Positions 33,426 to 33,783 of a stretch of DNA of 33,783 bases are shown here, in pieces. This DNA is from Pseudomonadota bacterium (GTDB lineage Bacteria; Pseudomonadota; Alphaproteobacteria; Rhizobiales; Xanthobacteraceae): the NCBI GenBank assembly GCA_046730495.1, contig JBKPIZ010000028.1, positions 1-33,783 of the forward strand. Direction: 5' to 3'. Position numbers and translations under genes: made by a program. Within the stretch, counting starts at the first letter, position 1, and each line of letters starts with the position of its first letter. The notes beneath the pieces are model-generated. The model saw nothing but the letters and a program-made list of their open reading frames with translations, was not told the DNA's origin and did not search any database.

Positions 33426-33783
33426 TCAATTGCGCCGCTGCATTTCACCAGCCGCACGAGCAAGAATCTCGACCAGATGCGCTTCCGTTTCGGCGTCGCC
33501 TTCGAGCCGTTTGCCCACGGTCTCGCGCAAATGATCGAACGCGGCTTCGACGAGCGGTGGCAAGCTCCGCCGCTGCTCGCGGTCCCCGCGCGCGGCGCGC
33601 CGCCAGCGATTCACGCGCTCGCCGATGGCGGTTAGCCGGTCGAGCACCGCGTCGGCGAGGTCCCGATTGGCGTCGAGATAGGCGCGGCCTTCATCGGTAA
33701 TGGTGTAGAGCTTCTTGGCGCCTTCGCTGGAGACGGTCACATAACCCGCTTCTTCGAGGAAGGTTAAAGTCGGATAGACGATG
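33426..33783 (-). CDS. PadR-family transcriptional regulator, C-terminal part; the 5' end lies outside the window
   Basis: The minus-strand frame stays open to the window edge and reads ...IVYPTLTFLEEAGYVTVSSEGAKKLYTITDEGRAYL..., which is the PadR winged-helix signature. A helical C-terminal region follows. Confidence 0.7.
   Translation of the reverse strand, partial: IVYPTLTFLEEAGYVTVSSEGAKKLYTITDEGRAYLDANRDLADAVLDRLTAIGERVNRWRRAARGDREQRRSLPPLVEAAFDHLRETVGKRLEGDAETEAHLVEILARAAGEMQRRN

Overview
This is a 33.8-kb, visibly GC-rich chromosomal segment (roughly 60-65% by eye, with very high third-position GC in genes). Gene content and synteny look like a Hyphomicrobiales (Rhizobiales) alphaproteobacterium, most like Nitrobacteraceae/Bradyrhizobiaceae. 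I call 29 protein-coding genes, two of them cut by the window edges. They are tightly packed and several are translationally coupled. I saw no rRNA, tRNA, CRISPR array, transposase, integrase, phage gene or recognisable defence gene. The window reads as core genome, not an accessory island. Most entries in the six-frame ORF track are GC-driven shadow frames overlapping the real genes.

Gene blocks in order:
(1) LLM oxidoreductase tail, YciI, a methyltransferase-like protein and an SDR.
(2) A metallophosphoesterase plus mbfA (ferritin-like/VIT1 iron exporter) with a near-consensus Irr ICE box.
(3) NUDIX hydrolase, Xi-class GST (YqjG-like) and GNAT.
(4) A four-gene MoxR AAA+/DUF58/BatA-DUF4159/membrane-protein operon.
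(5) Divergent from it, a DUF1285 / CoA-pyrophosphatase / small membrane protein / CCA-adding enzyme operon.
(6) A divergent GT21 glycosyltransferase / PlcP-like phosphoesterase pair with a Pho-box-like repeat, a candidate phosphate-starvation lipid-remodelling module.
(7) An enolase-superfamily epimerase, a 0.63-kb lower-GC non-coding gap, a small secreted protein and a PLP dehydratase.
(8) A 4.5-kb gene for a membrane-anchored 11/22-mer repeat protein resembling Agrobacterium GPR / Sinorhizobium RgsE.
(9) A 2Fe-2S ferredoxin plus a thioredoxin-reductase-like ferredoxin-NADP reductase.
(10) A secreted Cys-rich SGNH hydrolase, an FAD monooxygenase and a PadR tail.

I did not find a convincing, wholly new multi-gene system. 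The most under-described items are the GPR-like giant protein, the MoxR envelope operon, the GT21/PlcP pair with its Pho box, the structured non-coding gap at 21.4-22.0 kb, and several small regulatory-looking repeats. All family assignments come from reading motifs by eye and from memory of the families. No searches were run.
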